From Nitrospinota bacterium (GTDB lineage: Bacteria; JADFOP01), in assembly GCA_022562795.1 (NCBI GenBank), contig JADFOP010000015.1, positions 1 to 42,308 on the forward strand: a stretch of 42,308 bases of DNA, in the 5' to 3' direction. The position numbers were made by a program, and so were the translations under genes. The notes beneath the pieces were generated by a model that saw only the letters and a program-made list of their open reading frames with translations, was not told where the DNA came from and ran no database searches. Positions 1 to 9,066 of this stretch are shown piece after piece (within the stretch, counting starts at the first letter, position 1; each line of letters begins with the position of its first letter).

Positions 1-494
1 TGCTCCCCGCTCTTGATGGTCGCGACCTTGAGCCCCACCTTCGCCGCAAGCTCCTGAACGTTTGGAAATTGCGCTATCACGCCGATTGAGCCGGTAATAG
101 TCCCAGGGTTGGCGTAGATCTTTTCGGCCGCGCAGGCGATGTAGTAAGCCCCGCTGGCTGCGATGCTGCCCATGGAGGCGACCACCGGCTTGCCCGCTTT
201 TCGGATGGTTCGAATCTGGCCGTAAATCTCCTGGGACGGGGCCACCTCGCCGCCTGGGCTGTCGAGGCGCACGATGATGGCCTTGATGCGGTCGTCCTTA
301 GCGTATGTTTTTAGGAGCTCGATGGTGTGGTCGGAGTCGAGAATCGGACCTTTAATGTCTACGCGGGCGATCCGGCCGCCACCCGGGAGGAAGCCCTCTC
401 CTCTGGCGAGCCATACGAGAAGACCGAACAGGAGGAGGGCGCAGAAAAGCCCGCCCAATACGGTTACCACCGTGAGGAGAGGCCGCTTGGCCAT
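1..494 (-). CDS. sppA: Signal peptide peptidase SppA (S49, short form); 3' end runs off the window
   Basis: Not in the ORF track. Hand translation from ATG 494 gives MAKRPLLTVV, an N-terminal TM helix, then IKAIIVRLDSPGGEVAPSQEIY, KPVVASMGSIAASGAYYIACAAEKIYANPGTITGSIGV. AAGGAG lies upstream. It follows rpsA, a common arrangement. Confidence 0.95.
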   Translation of the reverse strand, partial: MAKRPLLTVVTVLGGLFCALLLFGLLVWLARGEGFLPGGGRIARVDIKGPILDSDHTIELLKTYAKDDRIKAIIVRLDSPGGEVAPSQEIYGQIRTIRKAGKPVVASMGSIAASGAYYIACAAEKIYANPGTITGSIGVIAQFPNVQELAAKVGLKVATIKSGE

Positions 495-580
495 GCGCTT
501 AGATGACTCCTTTGAGAAGGTGGGGTTGGCGGGATTCATCAGGGAAGAGGTCCGCTGCTGGGCAGGCCAACACCTCAGGC

Positions 581-2404
581 TTAGAGATCGGTCTTGGCGT
601 CCTCGGCGGAGGGCTCTCGGACTTCCTCCTCAACCTCAGTTGCTTCGACGGCGACCTCCGGCTCTTCCACCACGGCCGCGACCTCAACCTCCGGGACGTC
701 GGGCTCCTTAGCGGGCTCGGCCCTGATGATGCCCTCGGAGTCTGTTTCGACGATATATCCCTTGACGCTCAGCCCAATTTTCCGGTTTTCGAGATCGATC
801 TTGATAATCTTCGCGCGGACGGTGTCTCTCTCATCGACGATATCCTTGGGGTTGGCTACTTTGGAGGTGGCCAGCTCCGAGACGTGGACGAGACCCTCGA
901 TACCCTCCTCCAACTCCGCGAAGGCCCCGAAGTTGGTCACCTTGACCACCCGGCCTTCGACGTAGTCCCCGAGATTATAGCGATCGGTGACGGTCTCCCA
1001 GGGGTCTGGGGTAAGCTGTTTCAGGCCGAGAGAGAGTCGCTCTTGATCCTTATCGACGCTGAGCACTTTGACCTCGACCTTCTGGCCCTTCCGGAGCACT
1101 TCGGTGGGGTCCTTGACCTGCGTCCAGGAAAGGTCGGAGACGTGGATCAGCCCGTCGATCCCTTCTTCGATGCTTACGAAGGCCCCGAAATCGGTCAGAT
1201 TGCGCACCCGCCCCTCGACCAATTCGCCGACCGGATACCGCTCTTCGATGGTCTCCCATGGATTGGGCTCGGTCTGCTTGATGCCGAGGGATATGCGCCG
1301 CCCCTCCCTATCGACGTTGAGAACTACGGCTTCGATAATCTCCCCTACCGATACGACCTTGGAGGCGTGGCGGATGCGTTTGTTCCAGCTCATCTCGCTG
1401 ACGTGGACGAGCCCTTCGACCCCCTGCTCCAGCTCCACAAAGGCCCCGTAATCGGTGATGGAGACCACCTTGCCATTGACCCGGTCGCCCACGGGGTACT
1501 TGGTGTCGACGTCATCCCAGGGGTCAGGCTTAAGCTGCTTATAGCCAAGGCTGACACGCTCCCGTTCCGGGTCGAACTTAAGCACCACCACCTCGACCGT
1601 GTCCCCGATTGCGAATAGCTCGGAGGGGTGGCTGATACGGCCCCAGGCCATATCGGTGATATGGAGAAGGCCGTCGATGCCCCCCAGGTCGATGAAGGCG
1701 CCGTAGTCTGTGATGTTCTTGAGGACGCCCTCCATCTGGAGGCCATCCTCCAGGACCTCCATGGTCCGCTTCTTGGCCTCCTCACGCACCTCCTCCAAGA
1801 GCACCCGCCGCGAGAGCACGATGTTGCTCCGCTTGCGGTTGAGCTTGATGATCTTCATCTCGATCTCCTGGCCTATGAGACCCTCGAGATTCCGTACGGG
1901 CCTAAGATCAATCTGGCTGCCCGGCAGGAAGCCCCGCAACCCTCCCACATCGACGGTCAGCCCACCCTTGATGCGCGAGAGGACCCGGCCCTTAACGGGG
2001 TCTCCCCCATCGTATGCCTTGGCCAGGTCATCCCATATCCGAATTCGGTCGGCCTTCTCCTTGGAGAGCACGATCATCCCGTCTATGTCTTCGGTCCTCT
2101 CCAAGAAGACATCGATCTCTTCGCCCACCTTGAGGTCGCGGCCACGGTTGGGGAACTCGTCGAGCCGAATGTACCCTTCGGACTTATAGCCTACATCCAC
2201 CAAGACGGCATCACGCTCAATTTGCATGATGTGGCCGGATAAAATCTCGCCTTGCTGGATGTGCTTAAAGGTCTCCTCGTAGAGCTCTTCCATTGAGCGA
2301 TCTTCAGGCGTAGGCGGCGCCTCAGCGGTCATCGCTTCTACGTCTGAGGAGGCTTCTCGCTCGGAGGCTGTAGCGTCTTTGCTAGCCTCGTCCTCAAGTT
2401 CCAT
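581..2404 (-). CDS. rpsA: 30S ribosomal protein S1, with acidic N- and C-terminal extensions
   Basis: Six S1 repeats (VDVGYKSEG, FLPGSQID, KNITDYGAFIDLGGIDGLLHITDM, TDYGAFVELEQGVEGLVHVSEMSW, etc.). Confidence 0.98.
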   Translation of the reverse strand: MELEDEASKDATASEREASSDVEAMTAEAPPTPEDRSMEELYEETFKHIQQGEILSGHIMQIERDAVLVDVGYKSEGYIRLDEFPNRGRDLKVGEEIDVFLERTEDIDGMIVLSKEKADRIRIWDDLAKAYDGGDPVKGRVLSRIKGGLTVDVGGLRGFLPGSQIDLRPVRNLEGLIGQEIEMKIIKLNRKRSNIVLSRRVLLEEVREEAKKRTMEVLEDGLQMEGVLKNITDYGAFIDLGGIDGLLHITDMAWGRISHPSELFAIGDTVEVVVLKFDPERERVSLGYKQLKPDPWDDVDTKYPVGDRVNGKVVSITDYGAFVELEQGVEGLVHVSEMSWNKRIRHASKVVSVGEIIEAVVLNVDREGRRISLGIKQTEPNPWETIEERYPVGELVEGRVRNLTDFGAFVSIEEGIDGLIHVSDLSWTQVKDPTEVLRKGQKVEVKVLSVDKDQERLSLGLKQLTPDPWETVTDRYNLGDYVEGRVVKVTNFGAFAELEEGIEGLVHVSELATSKVANPKDIVDERDTVRAKIIKIDLENRKIGLSVKGYIVETDSEGIIRAEPAKEPDVPEVEVAAVVEEPEVAVEATEVEEEVREPSAEDAKTDL

Positions 2405-2470
2405 ATTTTCACCTATACCTTCTCGTGGTGGTGAAAGTTATGGCGGCCCCTAGGGCCGCCGACAAAACGT

Positions 2471-2498
2471 ATTGTACACCGGGCCGTCGCCCTGTCAA
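2471..2498 (-). promoter_or_regulatory. Putative sigma70 promoter for rpsA-sppA
   Basis: TTGACA-16 nt-TACAAT on the minus strand, between tyrA and rpsA. Confidence 0.7.
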
Positions 2499-2510
2499 CG
2501 TCTTTTTCCG

Positions 2511-3371
2511 CTACAACCCCTCTCGAATCCTGCGCGCGGCGGCGAAGAGCTCCTGCATAGCCTCCCCGTCGGCCCCTTCGATGGCCTCTCGGAGCTCGGC
2601 CAGGGAGCCGGAGAACCGGTCGATCATGGCCAAGAGGGGCTCGCGGTTTGTGAGGCAGATGTCGCGCCACATGGTTGGGTCGCTGGCGGCAATCCTGGTG
2701 AAATCGCGAAACCCGCCGGCCGAGTAGGCCACGGCATCATGGTCGTTAGAGGAGAGGCCCGTAACGGTATTAATCAGGGCGTAGGCCACCATGTGGGGCA
2801 GGTGGCTAACTCCGGCCATGAGCGTATCATGCGTGTCCGGGTCCATGCAAACCACCGACATCCCGCAGGCCTCCCAGAGCGACTGGACCCGGGCCAAGGC
2901 TTCGGTGTCGGTCCGATCCGTTGGAGTAAGAATGCAAGGGAAGCCCTCGAACAAGGTCTCGAAGGATGCCTCGACCCCGCTCTTTTCTGTTCCGGCGATG
3001 GGGTGTCCGCCCACGAATGCCGCCGACGGCTGAAGGAGGCGCTCCAGTGGTTCTACAACGGAGGCCTTGGTCGAGCCGACGTCGGTCACTAAGCAGCCAG
3101 CTTCGATATGAGGCGCCATACGTTTGGCCAGGGGGATGATAGTTCCCATGGGGGTGGCCAGCACGACGCCGTCGGCCCCATCCACACCCTCTTCCACCTC
3201 GTGGCTCCATCGGTCGATGACCCCTAGCTCAACGGCCAACTCCAGGTTTTTCCGGCCTCGGCCGACGCCGACCAGCTCATCAGCAAGGCCCTTTTTGCGG
3301 CACACCCGAGCCAGGGAGCCACCGATAAGTCCCACACCGATGATGGTCAGTCGGCGAAAGTGGACCTCCAT
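2511..3371 (-). CDS. tyrA: Prephenate/arogenate dehydrogenase
   Basis: GVGLIGGS Rossmann motif, TDVGSTK, GGHPIAGTEKSG, SHLPH, GGFRDFTRIAASDPTMWRDI. Confidence 0.95.
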   Translation of the reverse strand: MEVHFRRLTIIGVGLIGGSLARVCRKKGLADELVGVGRGRKNLELAVELGVIDRWSHEVEEGVDGADGVVLATPMGTIIPLAKRMAPHIEAGCLVTDVGSTKASVVEPLERLLQPSAAFVGGHPIAGTEKSGVEASFETLFEGFPCILTPTDRTDTEALARVQSLWEACGMSVVCMDPDTHDTLMAGVSHLPHMVAYALINTVTGLSSNDHDAVAYSAGGFRDFTRIAASDPTMWRDICLTNREPLLAMIDRFSGSLAELREAIEGADGEAMQELFAAARRIREGL

Positions 3372-3388
3372 TAAATCCTCCAGGTGAC

Positions 3389-4402
3389 CTAAATCGTCCG
3401 GCCAACGGCCTGAGCTATGTCTCGCAGCTCGTTCATCAAGTCCTTGAACCTCGACGGGACGAGTGCCTGAGGCCCGTCGCTCTTGGCTTCCTCCGGACGG
3501 GGGTGGACCTCAATCATCAGGGCGTCCGCCCCGACAGCCACCCCCCCCCTCGCCATCGGGGCCACGTACTTCCACACACCGGTACCGTGGCTCGGGTCCA
3601 CCACCACGGGCAAGTGGGAGAGGGCTTGGAGGACGGGAACGGCCGAGAGATCGAGGGTGTTGCGGGTCTCGGTCTCGAAGGTCCGGATGCCCCGCTCGCA
3701 GAGCAAGACCTGGTGGTTTCCATGAGCCATAACGTATTCGGCGCTCATCAGTAGGTCCTTAATGGTGGCGCTCATTCCCCGCTTGAGCATGACGGGCTTT
3801 TCCTGAGCGCCGACCTCTTTTAGCAGTGTGAAGTTCTGCATGTTGCGCGCGCCGATCTGGAAGATGTCGGTATAGCGGTGGACGAGCTCGGTGTCCCGAG
3901 CGTCCATGCATTCGGTGATAATGAGCATCCCTGTGGCCTCCCGGGCTTCGGCCAGGATTTGGAGGCCCTCTTCGCCCAGGCCCTGGAAGGAATACGGGCT
4001 CGTGCGGGGCTTGAAGGCCCCGCCCCTAAGGATGGTCGCCCCGGCAGCCTTGCACTCCTGGGCCGTCTCGAGCATAATCTCACGCCCCTCTACCGAGCAC
4101 GGGCCGGCCATGACGTGTACCCGCTCACCCCCAATGGTGACCGGCCCCATGTCGATGAGAGTGTCATTTGGGTGAAACTCCCTGCCAGCGAGCTTGAAGG
4201 GCTGCATGATGGGCTGGACCGTGTCCACGCCCGGGTAGACCTCTATAGGCTCCTCCCGCAAGATGGCGGTGTCGCCGATGGCCCCTATGATGATCCGGTC
4301 AACGCCTTTGGAGATATGGACCGCGAGGCCCAATCCCTCAAGCTTCCCTGTGAGTGTTTCGAGGTTCTCCTCCGTGGCGTCGGGCTTCATTATGATAATC
4401 AT
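3389..4402 (-). CDS. aroF: DAHP synthase, type I-beta, with N-terminal ACT-like regulatory domain
   Basis: [52 protein letters not shown]; Thermotoga-type N-terminus. Confidence 0.96.
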   Translation of the reverse strand: MIIIMKPDATEENLETLTGKLEGLGLAVHISKGVDRIIIGAIGDTAILREEPIEVYPGVDTVQPIMQPFKLAGREFHPNDTLIDMGPVTIGGERVHVMAGPCSVEGREIMLETAQECKAAGATILRGGAFKPRTSPYSFQGLGEEGLQILAEAREATGMLIITECMDARDTELVHRYTDIFQIGARNMQNFTLLKEVGAQEKPVMLKRGMSATIKDLLMSAEYVMAHGNHQVLLCERGIRTFETETRNTLDLSAVPVLQALSHLPVVVDPSHGTGVWKYVAPMARGGVAVGADALMIEVHPRPEEAKSDGPQALVPSRFKDLMNELRDIAQAVGRTI

Positions 4403-4420
4403 GCCGTTACTCCCTTTACG

Positions 4421-5524
4421 TTATTCTGCGCCGCCCCTGTTGGCTCGCCACGCTTCCACGGCCTTCAGGAAGCGGGTGTTCTCATCGGCCGTGCCCACCG
4501 TCACCCTTACGTATGTCGCAAGCCCATAGCCCCCCATGGGGCGCACAACTACCCCCCTCCGAAGGAGAGCCTCGTAAGCGGCCCGTCCGTCACCTACCTC
4601 CACCAGGAGGAAGTTCGCCACGCTCGGCAGGTAGTCCACCCCGAGGGCCTCGAGGCCCCCGGTGAGATAGGCCATGCCGGCCCGATTTGCCTCACGGCTG
4701 GCCCGAACGTGGGCCTCATCGTCAAGGGCCGCCAGTGCCGCTGCCTGGGCCACCCGGCTTACGTTGAACGGGGGCCGGACCTGGTTGATCGCCGCCGCCA
4801 GCGGCTCCGGCGCCACGGCGTAGCCCACCCGCAGACCCGCAAGGCCGTAAATCTTCGAGAAGGTCCGGCAGACGACCACGGGCCTGCCTGCCCTGACGGC
4901 GGCCAGGCAGTCGGGAAAGTCCTCCCCCTCGATATACTCCACGTAAGCCTCGTCCATGACGACCACCACGTGCTCAGGCATCTCGGAGATAAGAGTTTCG
5001 ACCTCCTTGGCTCGAACCATGGTCCCGGTCGGGTTGTTGGGGTTGGCCACAAATAGGAGCCTCGTGCGCTCCGTCACCGCCCGGGCCATCGCGGGGAGGT
5101 CGTGGGTGAAGTTGACCAGAGGAACGGCGACGGCACGGCCGCCCATGGCTTCGACGGCGAGACGGTAGACGACGAAGGCCTGCTCCCCGACGACCGCCTC
5201 ATCGCCAGGGGTGAGCAGGGCCTGGGTGAGAAGCACAAGCAGGTCGTTGGAGCCGTTGCCCACCACCACCTGGTCGGGCGAGACGCCCAGTCTCTCGGCC
5301 AAGGCGTTACGGAGATAGTACGCGCTCCCGTCGGGGTAGCGGTGGACGTCGAGCAGAGCGCTCCGGGCCGCCTCCATTGCCTTGGGCGAGGGGCCGAGGG
5401 GGTTTTCGTTGCTGGCCAGCTTGACCGCCTCGGCGATCCCCAGCTCCCGCTCGACCTCTTCGATGGGCTTGCCCGGCTGGTAGGGCTGGAGCGCGGCAAT
5501 GTGGGCCGGCACCAAGTTCCTCAT
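4421..5524 (-). CDS. hisC: Histidinol-phosphate / aromatic aminotransferase
   Basis: KLASNENPLGPSP, NPNNPTG, DEAY, RTFSKIYGLAGLRVGY. Start set at ATG 5524, which overlaps the pheA stop (ATGA). Confidence 0.93.
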   Translation of the reverse strand: MRNLVPAHIAALQPYQPGKPIEEVERELGIAEAVKLASNENPLGPSPKAMEAARSALLDVHRYPDGSAYYLRNALAERLGVSPDQVVVGNGSNDLLVLLTQALLTPGDEAVVGEQAFVVYRLAVEAMGGRAVAVPLVNFTHDLPAMARAVTERTRLLFVANPNNPTGTMVRAKEVETLISEMPEHVVVVMDEAYVEYIEGEDFPDCLAAVRAGRPVVVCRTFSKIYGLAGLRVGYAVAPEPLAAAINQVRPPFNVSRVAQAAALAALDDEAHVRASREANRAGMAYLTGGLEALGVDYLPSVANFLLVEVGDGRAAYEALLRRGVVVRPMGGYGLATYVRVTVGTADENTRFLKAVEAWRANRGGAE

Positions 5525-6594
5525 TGGGTCACACTCCTGGGATAGGAGCCCAAGACCTTGAGGAACAAACACTTCTCGGCAAGCTGGTCGAGGGCTTCGC
5601 CAACCTCCTTATCGTCGATGTGGCCCTCCAGGTCGACAAAGAAAACGTACTCCCAGACCTTCGTCCGGGAGGGACGGGACTCAATCTTCGTGAGGTTGAT
5701 ACCATGGCTGGCGAATGGCTCGAGCATGGCGTGAAGGGCCCCGACTCGATCCTTGATGGAAAAAAGGACGGAGGTTTTGTCGCCACCCGAGCGCCCGGCA
5801 GACGTCTTGCCGATGACGAGAAATCTGGTGAAGTTGTGGAGGTGGTCCTCAATCCGCTTCTTAAGAATCTTGAGCCCGTAAATGTGGGCCGCCGCCTCGC
5901 TCGCAACGGCCGCCGCCGTGGGCTCTTCTAAGGCCAGCTCGGCCGCCTTGCCCGTTGAGGAGACCTCGTAGATGGGCACTGAGGGGAGATGGTTCTCAAG
6001 CCACCCCCTGCACTGGGCGATTGCATGGGGGTGGGAGTATATCTTTGTCACCGCGCCTATGTCATCGGCCTGGGCCAGGAGATTGTGACTGATTTCCATC
6101 GAGACCTCGCCGCAGATTAACAGGTTCGAGTCGACGAACATATCGAGGGTATGGTTGACTACCCCCTCGATGGTGTTCTCGATGGGAATGACGCCGTACT
6201 GCACGCGGTCGCGCTCTACCTCCTCGAAAACCTCCTGGATGCTATGGAAGGGCAGAAATCGGGCCGAGAGCCCAAACTGCTCTAGGCAGGCCTGGTGCGT
6301 GAAGGTGGCCCGTGGCCCGAGGTAGGCCACCGTGAGGGGCTCCTCCAGCGAAAGGGTTGCCGAGAAAATCTCCCGGAAGACAGCCCTCAGGGACTCGTTG
6401 TTAAATGGACCCTCGTTGAGGCGCTCCAGGCGCTCGTAAATCTCTCGCTCCCGCTCGGGCACATGGTAGGGGACCTGGCGCTTGGATTTCTCCTTCCCTA
6501 TGTCGACGGCAAGCTCGGCCCTTTGGTTAAGGAGCTTGAGAATCTCCGCATCGATTTCGTCTATATTCCGGCGTAGTTTGTCTATCGCATCCAC
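5521..6594 (-). CDS. pheA: Bifunctional chorismate mutase / prephenate dehydratase (P-protein)
   Basis: AroQ domain (LRRNIDEID), YLGPRATFT, PIENTIEG, NFTRF, and a C-terminal ACT with LTKIESRP. GTG 6594 is preceded by AGGAG. Confidence 0.96.
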   Translation of the reverse strand: MDAIDKLRRNIDEIDAEILKLLNQRAELAVDIGKEKSKRQVPYHVPEREREIYERLERLNEGPFNNESLRAVFREIFSATLSLEEPLTVAYLGPRATFTHQACLEQFGLSARFLPFHSIQEVFEEVERDRVQYGVIPIENTIEGVVNHTLDMFVDSNLLICGEVSMEISHNLLAQADDIGAVTKIYSHPHAIAQCRGWLENHLPSVPIYEVSSTGKAAELALEEPTAAAVASEAAAHIYGLKILKKRIEDHLHNFTRFLVIGKTSAGRSGGDKTSVLFSIKDRVGALHAMLEPFASHGINLTKIESRPSRTKVWEYVFFVDLEGHIDDKEVGEALDQLAEKCLFLKVLGSYPRSVTQ

Positions 6595-6628
6595 TGCTAA
6601 CTCCTGGCCGTGGGGATAAAGAACGCTC

Positions 6629-6657
6629 ATTATACTTAGGAAGACCTCTGAATTCAA
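6629..6657 (-). promoter_or_regulatory. Putative sigma70 promoter for the pheA operon
   Basis: TTGAAT-17 nt-TATAAT. Confidence 0.75.
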
Positions 6658-6694
6658 CCTCTTCGTAGCTATCTTCTTGGATTAAGTCTGCGCC

Positions 6695-6811
6695 TTGACA
6701 TGGAGTATGACCTATCCTACCCTCGATTGACGCATACAGGGCTTGGTCGGTCTTGACCGAAGCTCCGCCTACGGATTTTGCTTGAACCAATTGGCGCATT
6801 TCGCATAGAAT
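6695..6811 (+). promoter_or_regulatory. Candidate promoter(s) for the skp operon
   Basis: TTGACA-17-TACCCT (6695-6723) and TTGAAC-18-TAGAAT (6782-6811). Confidence 0.45.
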
Positions 6812-6842
6812 ATTCTTGTTATCCACTGCAGAGGAGACCCCC

Positions 6843-7400
6843 ATGAAACGCCACAGAGGGCCGGATCAGATACGAAATTTACTGGTTCCGATCGCCTTGT
6901 CCTGCGCCCTCCTTCTTTTTCTAGCAGGGCCCGTCGCCGCCGAGCCCGTCAAGATCGGTTACGTCGACATTCAACTAGTCATTGATGAGTCTACTCTAGG
7001 CCAGCAGGCCAATGCCAAGCTCCGAAAGGATTTTGAGCGTCGGGCCGCTGAGTTGAAGAATCTGGATAAAGAACTCGAAAAGGTGCGAAAGGAGCTGGAT
7101 TCCAAAGGTTCGGTGATGAGCGTTGAGCGAAGACGGCAGATGGAAGAGGAATTCCGTAGAGACCGACGGGACTTCAAGCGGGCTGACCGGGACAACAGGG
7201 AAGAGTTCAACATCAAGCGCAAGCAGCTCTTAGTCGATATATTGCCTAAGATTGTCAAAGCAGTCCAGGCTATCGGGAAGGAACGGGGCTACACCCTCAT
7301 CCTCCAGAATAAGCCAGATATTCTATTATACCTGGCCGACCGCGTGGATGTGACCAGCGAGGTCATCGCGCGGCTCAACGCCGAAGCCCCCGCCCAGTGA
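6843..7400 (+). CDS. skp: OmpH/Skp periplasmic outer-membrane-protein chaperone
   Basis: Signal peptide, KIGYVDIQ, a long coiled coil, IGKERGYTLIL and VDVTSEVIARLN. GAGGAG precedes ATG 6843. Confidence 0.9.
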   Translation: MKRHRGPDQIRNLLVPIALSCALLLFLAGPVAAEPVKIGYVDIQLVIDESTLGQQANAKLRKDFERRAAELKNLDKELEKVRKELDSKGSVMSVERRRQMEEEFRRDRRDFKRADRDNREEFNIKRKQLLVDILPKIVKAVQAIGKERGYTLILQNKPDILLYLADRVDVTSEVIARLNAEAPAQ

Positions 7401-8083
7401 GGAGCCGGAGGGTGACCTCCAGCAAGATGACCCCACACGGATGCCCCTCCTCCGAGATGCGCACCATCCCTCCGCCTTCTTCGGCTCCCTTGAACACAGT
7501 ATGCGCTTGTCTTGTGGTCGCCCTCTTGGTGATAACGGGATGCGCTGGCAAGAAGAAGGCCGTTTCAGCCCCGGCCCAGGACCCGGCGCCCCAGGCCGCA
7601 GTCAAAACCTCTCCGCCCGCTTCAGCCAGCGTAGAAGCGGAAGCCAAACCAAGCATGCTGGCCCGGCTGAACCCGTTCGGCAAGCGAAAAGCGAAGGTTG
7701 CCGAGCCCTCTCAACCTACCCAAGAGGAACCAGAGCCCCAGGCCAAGATAAAGCGAAAGCAAGGGATGCTCAGCCGGTGGTTCAGACGTAGGCCCAAAAC
7801 ACTGCCGCGGGCGACTCCCAAGGTCCTTGAGAGGCGGAGCGCAACGACCGCCAAAGGCGAGGTCTCCCCGCCCCCCTTCGAGTACAAAGATCTTGAGCTA
7901 TCCCTTGGGGAGACGACGAAAGCCCACATCATCGCCATCTTCGGCAAACCCGAACACACCTTCTTCAGCGAGGGTGCCGAGGAAATCCTAATCTACCGCC
8001 GCCTCCGCAGAATCGACTCCCTATACATCTTCCTCGACAGCCAGGGGTTGGTTAAAGACTACATTATTACCAAGAGACAGTGA
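7397..8083 (+). CDS. Putative lipoprotein with Pro/Ala/Lys-rich linker and C-terminal SmpA/BamE-like domain; start uncertain
   Basis: A hydrophobic stretch ends in the lipobox ITGC. The C-terminal LSLGETTKAHIIAIFGKP...LIY...LYIFLDSQGLVKDY resembles the SmpA/OmlA pattern. Confidence 0.6.
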   Translation: MRSRRVTSSKMTPHGCPSSEMRTIPPPSSAPLNTVCACLVVALLVITGCAGKKKAVSAPAQDPAPQAAVKTSPPASASVEAEAKPSMLARLNPFGKRKAKVAEPSQPTQEEPEPQAKIKRKQGMLSRWFRRRPKTLPRATPKVLERRSATTAKGEVSPPPFEYKDLELSLGETTKAHIIAIFGKPEHTFFSEGAEEILIYRRLRRIDSLYIFLDSQGLVKDYIITKRQ

Positions 8084-8092
8084 GGGCCTTAC

Positions 8093-8962
8093 GTGAAGAG
8101 AATAAACCTGCTCACCGAAGGCCACGGCCTGCGCTACGCCCCGGCTCAACCAATCTCAGATGAGACAACCCCTCATTCTGCCTGGCGTCGAGGACCAAGG
8201 TCGCCACGCAGAGGGGCTGGTAAGCCTCTCGTGGCTCTCGCCTTGATTGTTCTCTTGGCCGGAGGGGGGTGGTGGGTCTATCAAGAATTCGGCCCGTGGG
8301 GTCTTCGTCTTAAGTCTCTCCGCCAGAGCCTGGTTGGACTGATGCCCTCTAAGCCCCCAGGCGCCCCACCCTCGGCGCCTACGCCTAAGCCACCTGAAGC
8401 GAAAGCGCCACAACCGCCGGCCGCCGCCGCACCCTCCCATCCCCCGCCGGGTGTCAAGGCGGCCCAGGTGGGCCGATGGTATCGTTCAGACCGGGCGTAT
8501 CCCTTCTCCATTCTCGTGGCCTCATTCCGCAAGGAGGCTTCAGCGGCGGCCTTCGCCGGGAGCTTGGCCTCGGCCGGCCACCCGGTCACCGTTGCCCCAA
8601 CGAACCTCGGCGCGCGGGGACGATGGCATCGGGTAGTCCTCGTCCGGTACGGGGCCAGTAGCGATGCTAGGAAAGCCGCCGCCCTTCTCAAGGGCAAGCA
8701 ACCAATTACCGACACGCTCGTCCTCCAGTTGCCCTATTCTGTCGAGGTAGGACGGGAGCGGGAAAAAGCGGCCGCTGAGGCTGCCCGTGCCGCACTCGCC
8801 TCAAAAGGGTTTCTGGCCCATATCTTTCCCGAAGCGGCGGGCCCTGACGAGCCGGTGACCTTCCTCCTACTGGCGGGAGCCTTTTCCTCCAAGGGTCAAG
8901 CAGAGGCCTTCGCCACCACCCTCAAGCAAGCCGGCCTTGAGGCCAAAGTCGTAATCCCGTAG
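8093..8962 (+). CDS. Membrane-anchored SPOR-domain (peptidoglycan-binding) protein
   Basis: One TM helix, a Pro-rich linker, then two SPOR-like repeats (FSILVASFRKEASA...WHRVVLVRY and FLLLAGAFSSKGQAEAFATTLKQAG). Confidence 0.8.
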   Translation: MKRINLLTEGHGLRYAPAQPISDETTPHSAWRRGPRSPRRGAGKPLVALALIVLLAGGGWWVYQEFGPWGLRLKSLRQSLVGLMPSKPPGAPPSAPTPKPPEAKAPQPPAAAAPSHPPPGVKAAQVGRWYRSDRAYPFSILVASFRKEASAAAFAGSLASAGHPVTVAPTNLGARGRWHRVVLVRYGASSDARKAAALLKGKQPITDTLVLQLPYSVEVGREREKAAAEAARAALASKGFLAHIFPEAAGPDEPVTFLLLAGAFSSKGQAEAFATTLKQAGLEAKVVIP

Positions 8963-8970
8963 CCGAGCAG

Positions 8971-9009
8971 AAAAAAAACCCCACCGGGCCCGCACGGAGC
9001 CCGGCGGGG
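8971..9009 (-). terminator. Intrinsic terminator of the 9067-9399 gene; possibly bidirectional
   Basis: Minus strand: CCCCGCCGGGC pairs with GCCCGGTGGGG (11 bp, one G-U) and is followed by T8. Confidence 0.85.
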
Positions 9010-9066
9010 ATAATTGCAGGAATGTGACAGAGCCAGTCTAGCTATCGGGGCTCGGCTGGCTACTGG

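Noticed and set aside
495-545. GATGACTCCT (fluoride riboswitch-like, plus strand) and CTGATGA (hammerhead core-like, minus strand)
   Set aside because: The first is the reverse complement of the sppA SD and lacks the 5' GGCGATGG part. The second lacks the GAAA and flanking stems.
503-2242. Long plus-strand ORFs (371 aa and 204 aa) opposite rpsA
   Set aside because: Antisense shadows of a codon-biased, GC-rich gene; no RBS or recognisable domain.
3878-5056. 392-aa plus-strand ORF across aroF/hisC
   Set aside because: Fully overlaps two unambiguous minus-strand genes and has no motif.
6791-6805. TTGGCGCATTTCGCA as a sigma54 promoter
   Set aside because: GG-to-GC spacing is 8 nt, not the required 10.
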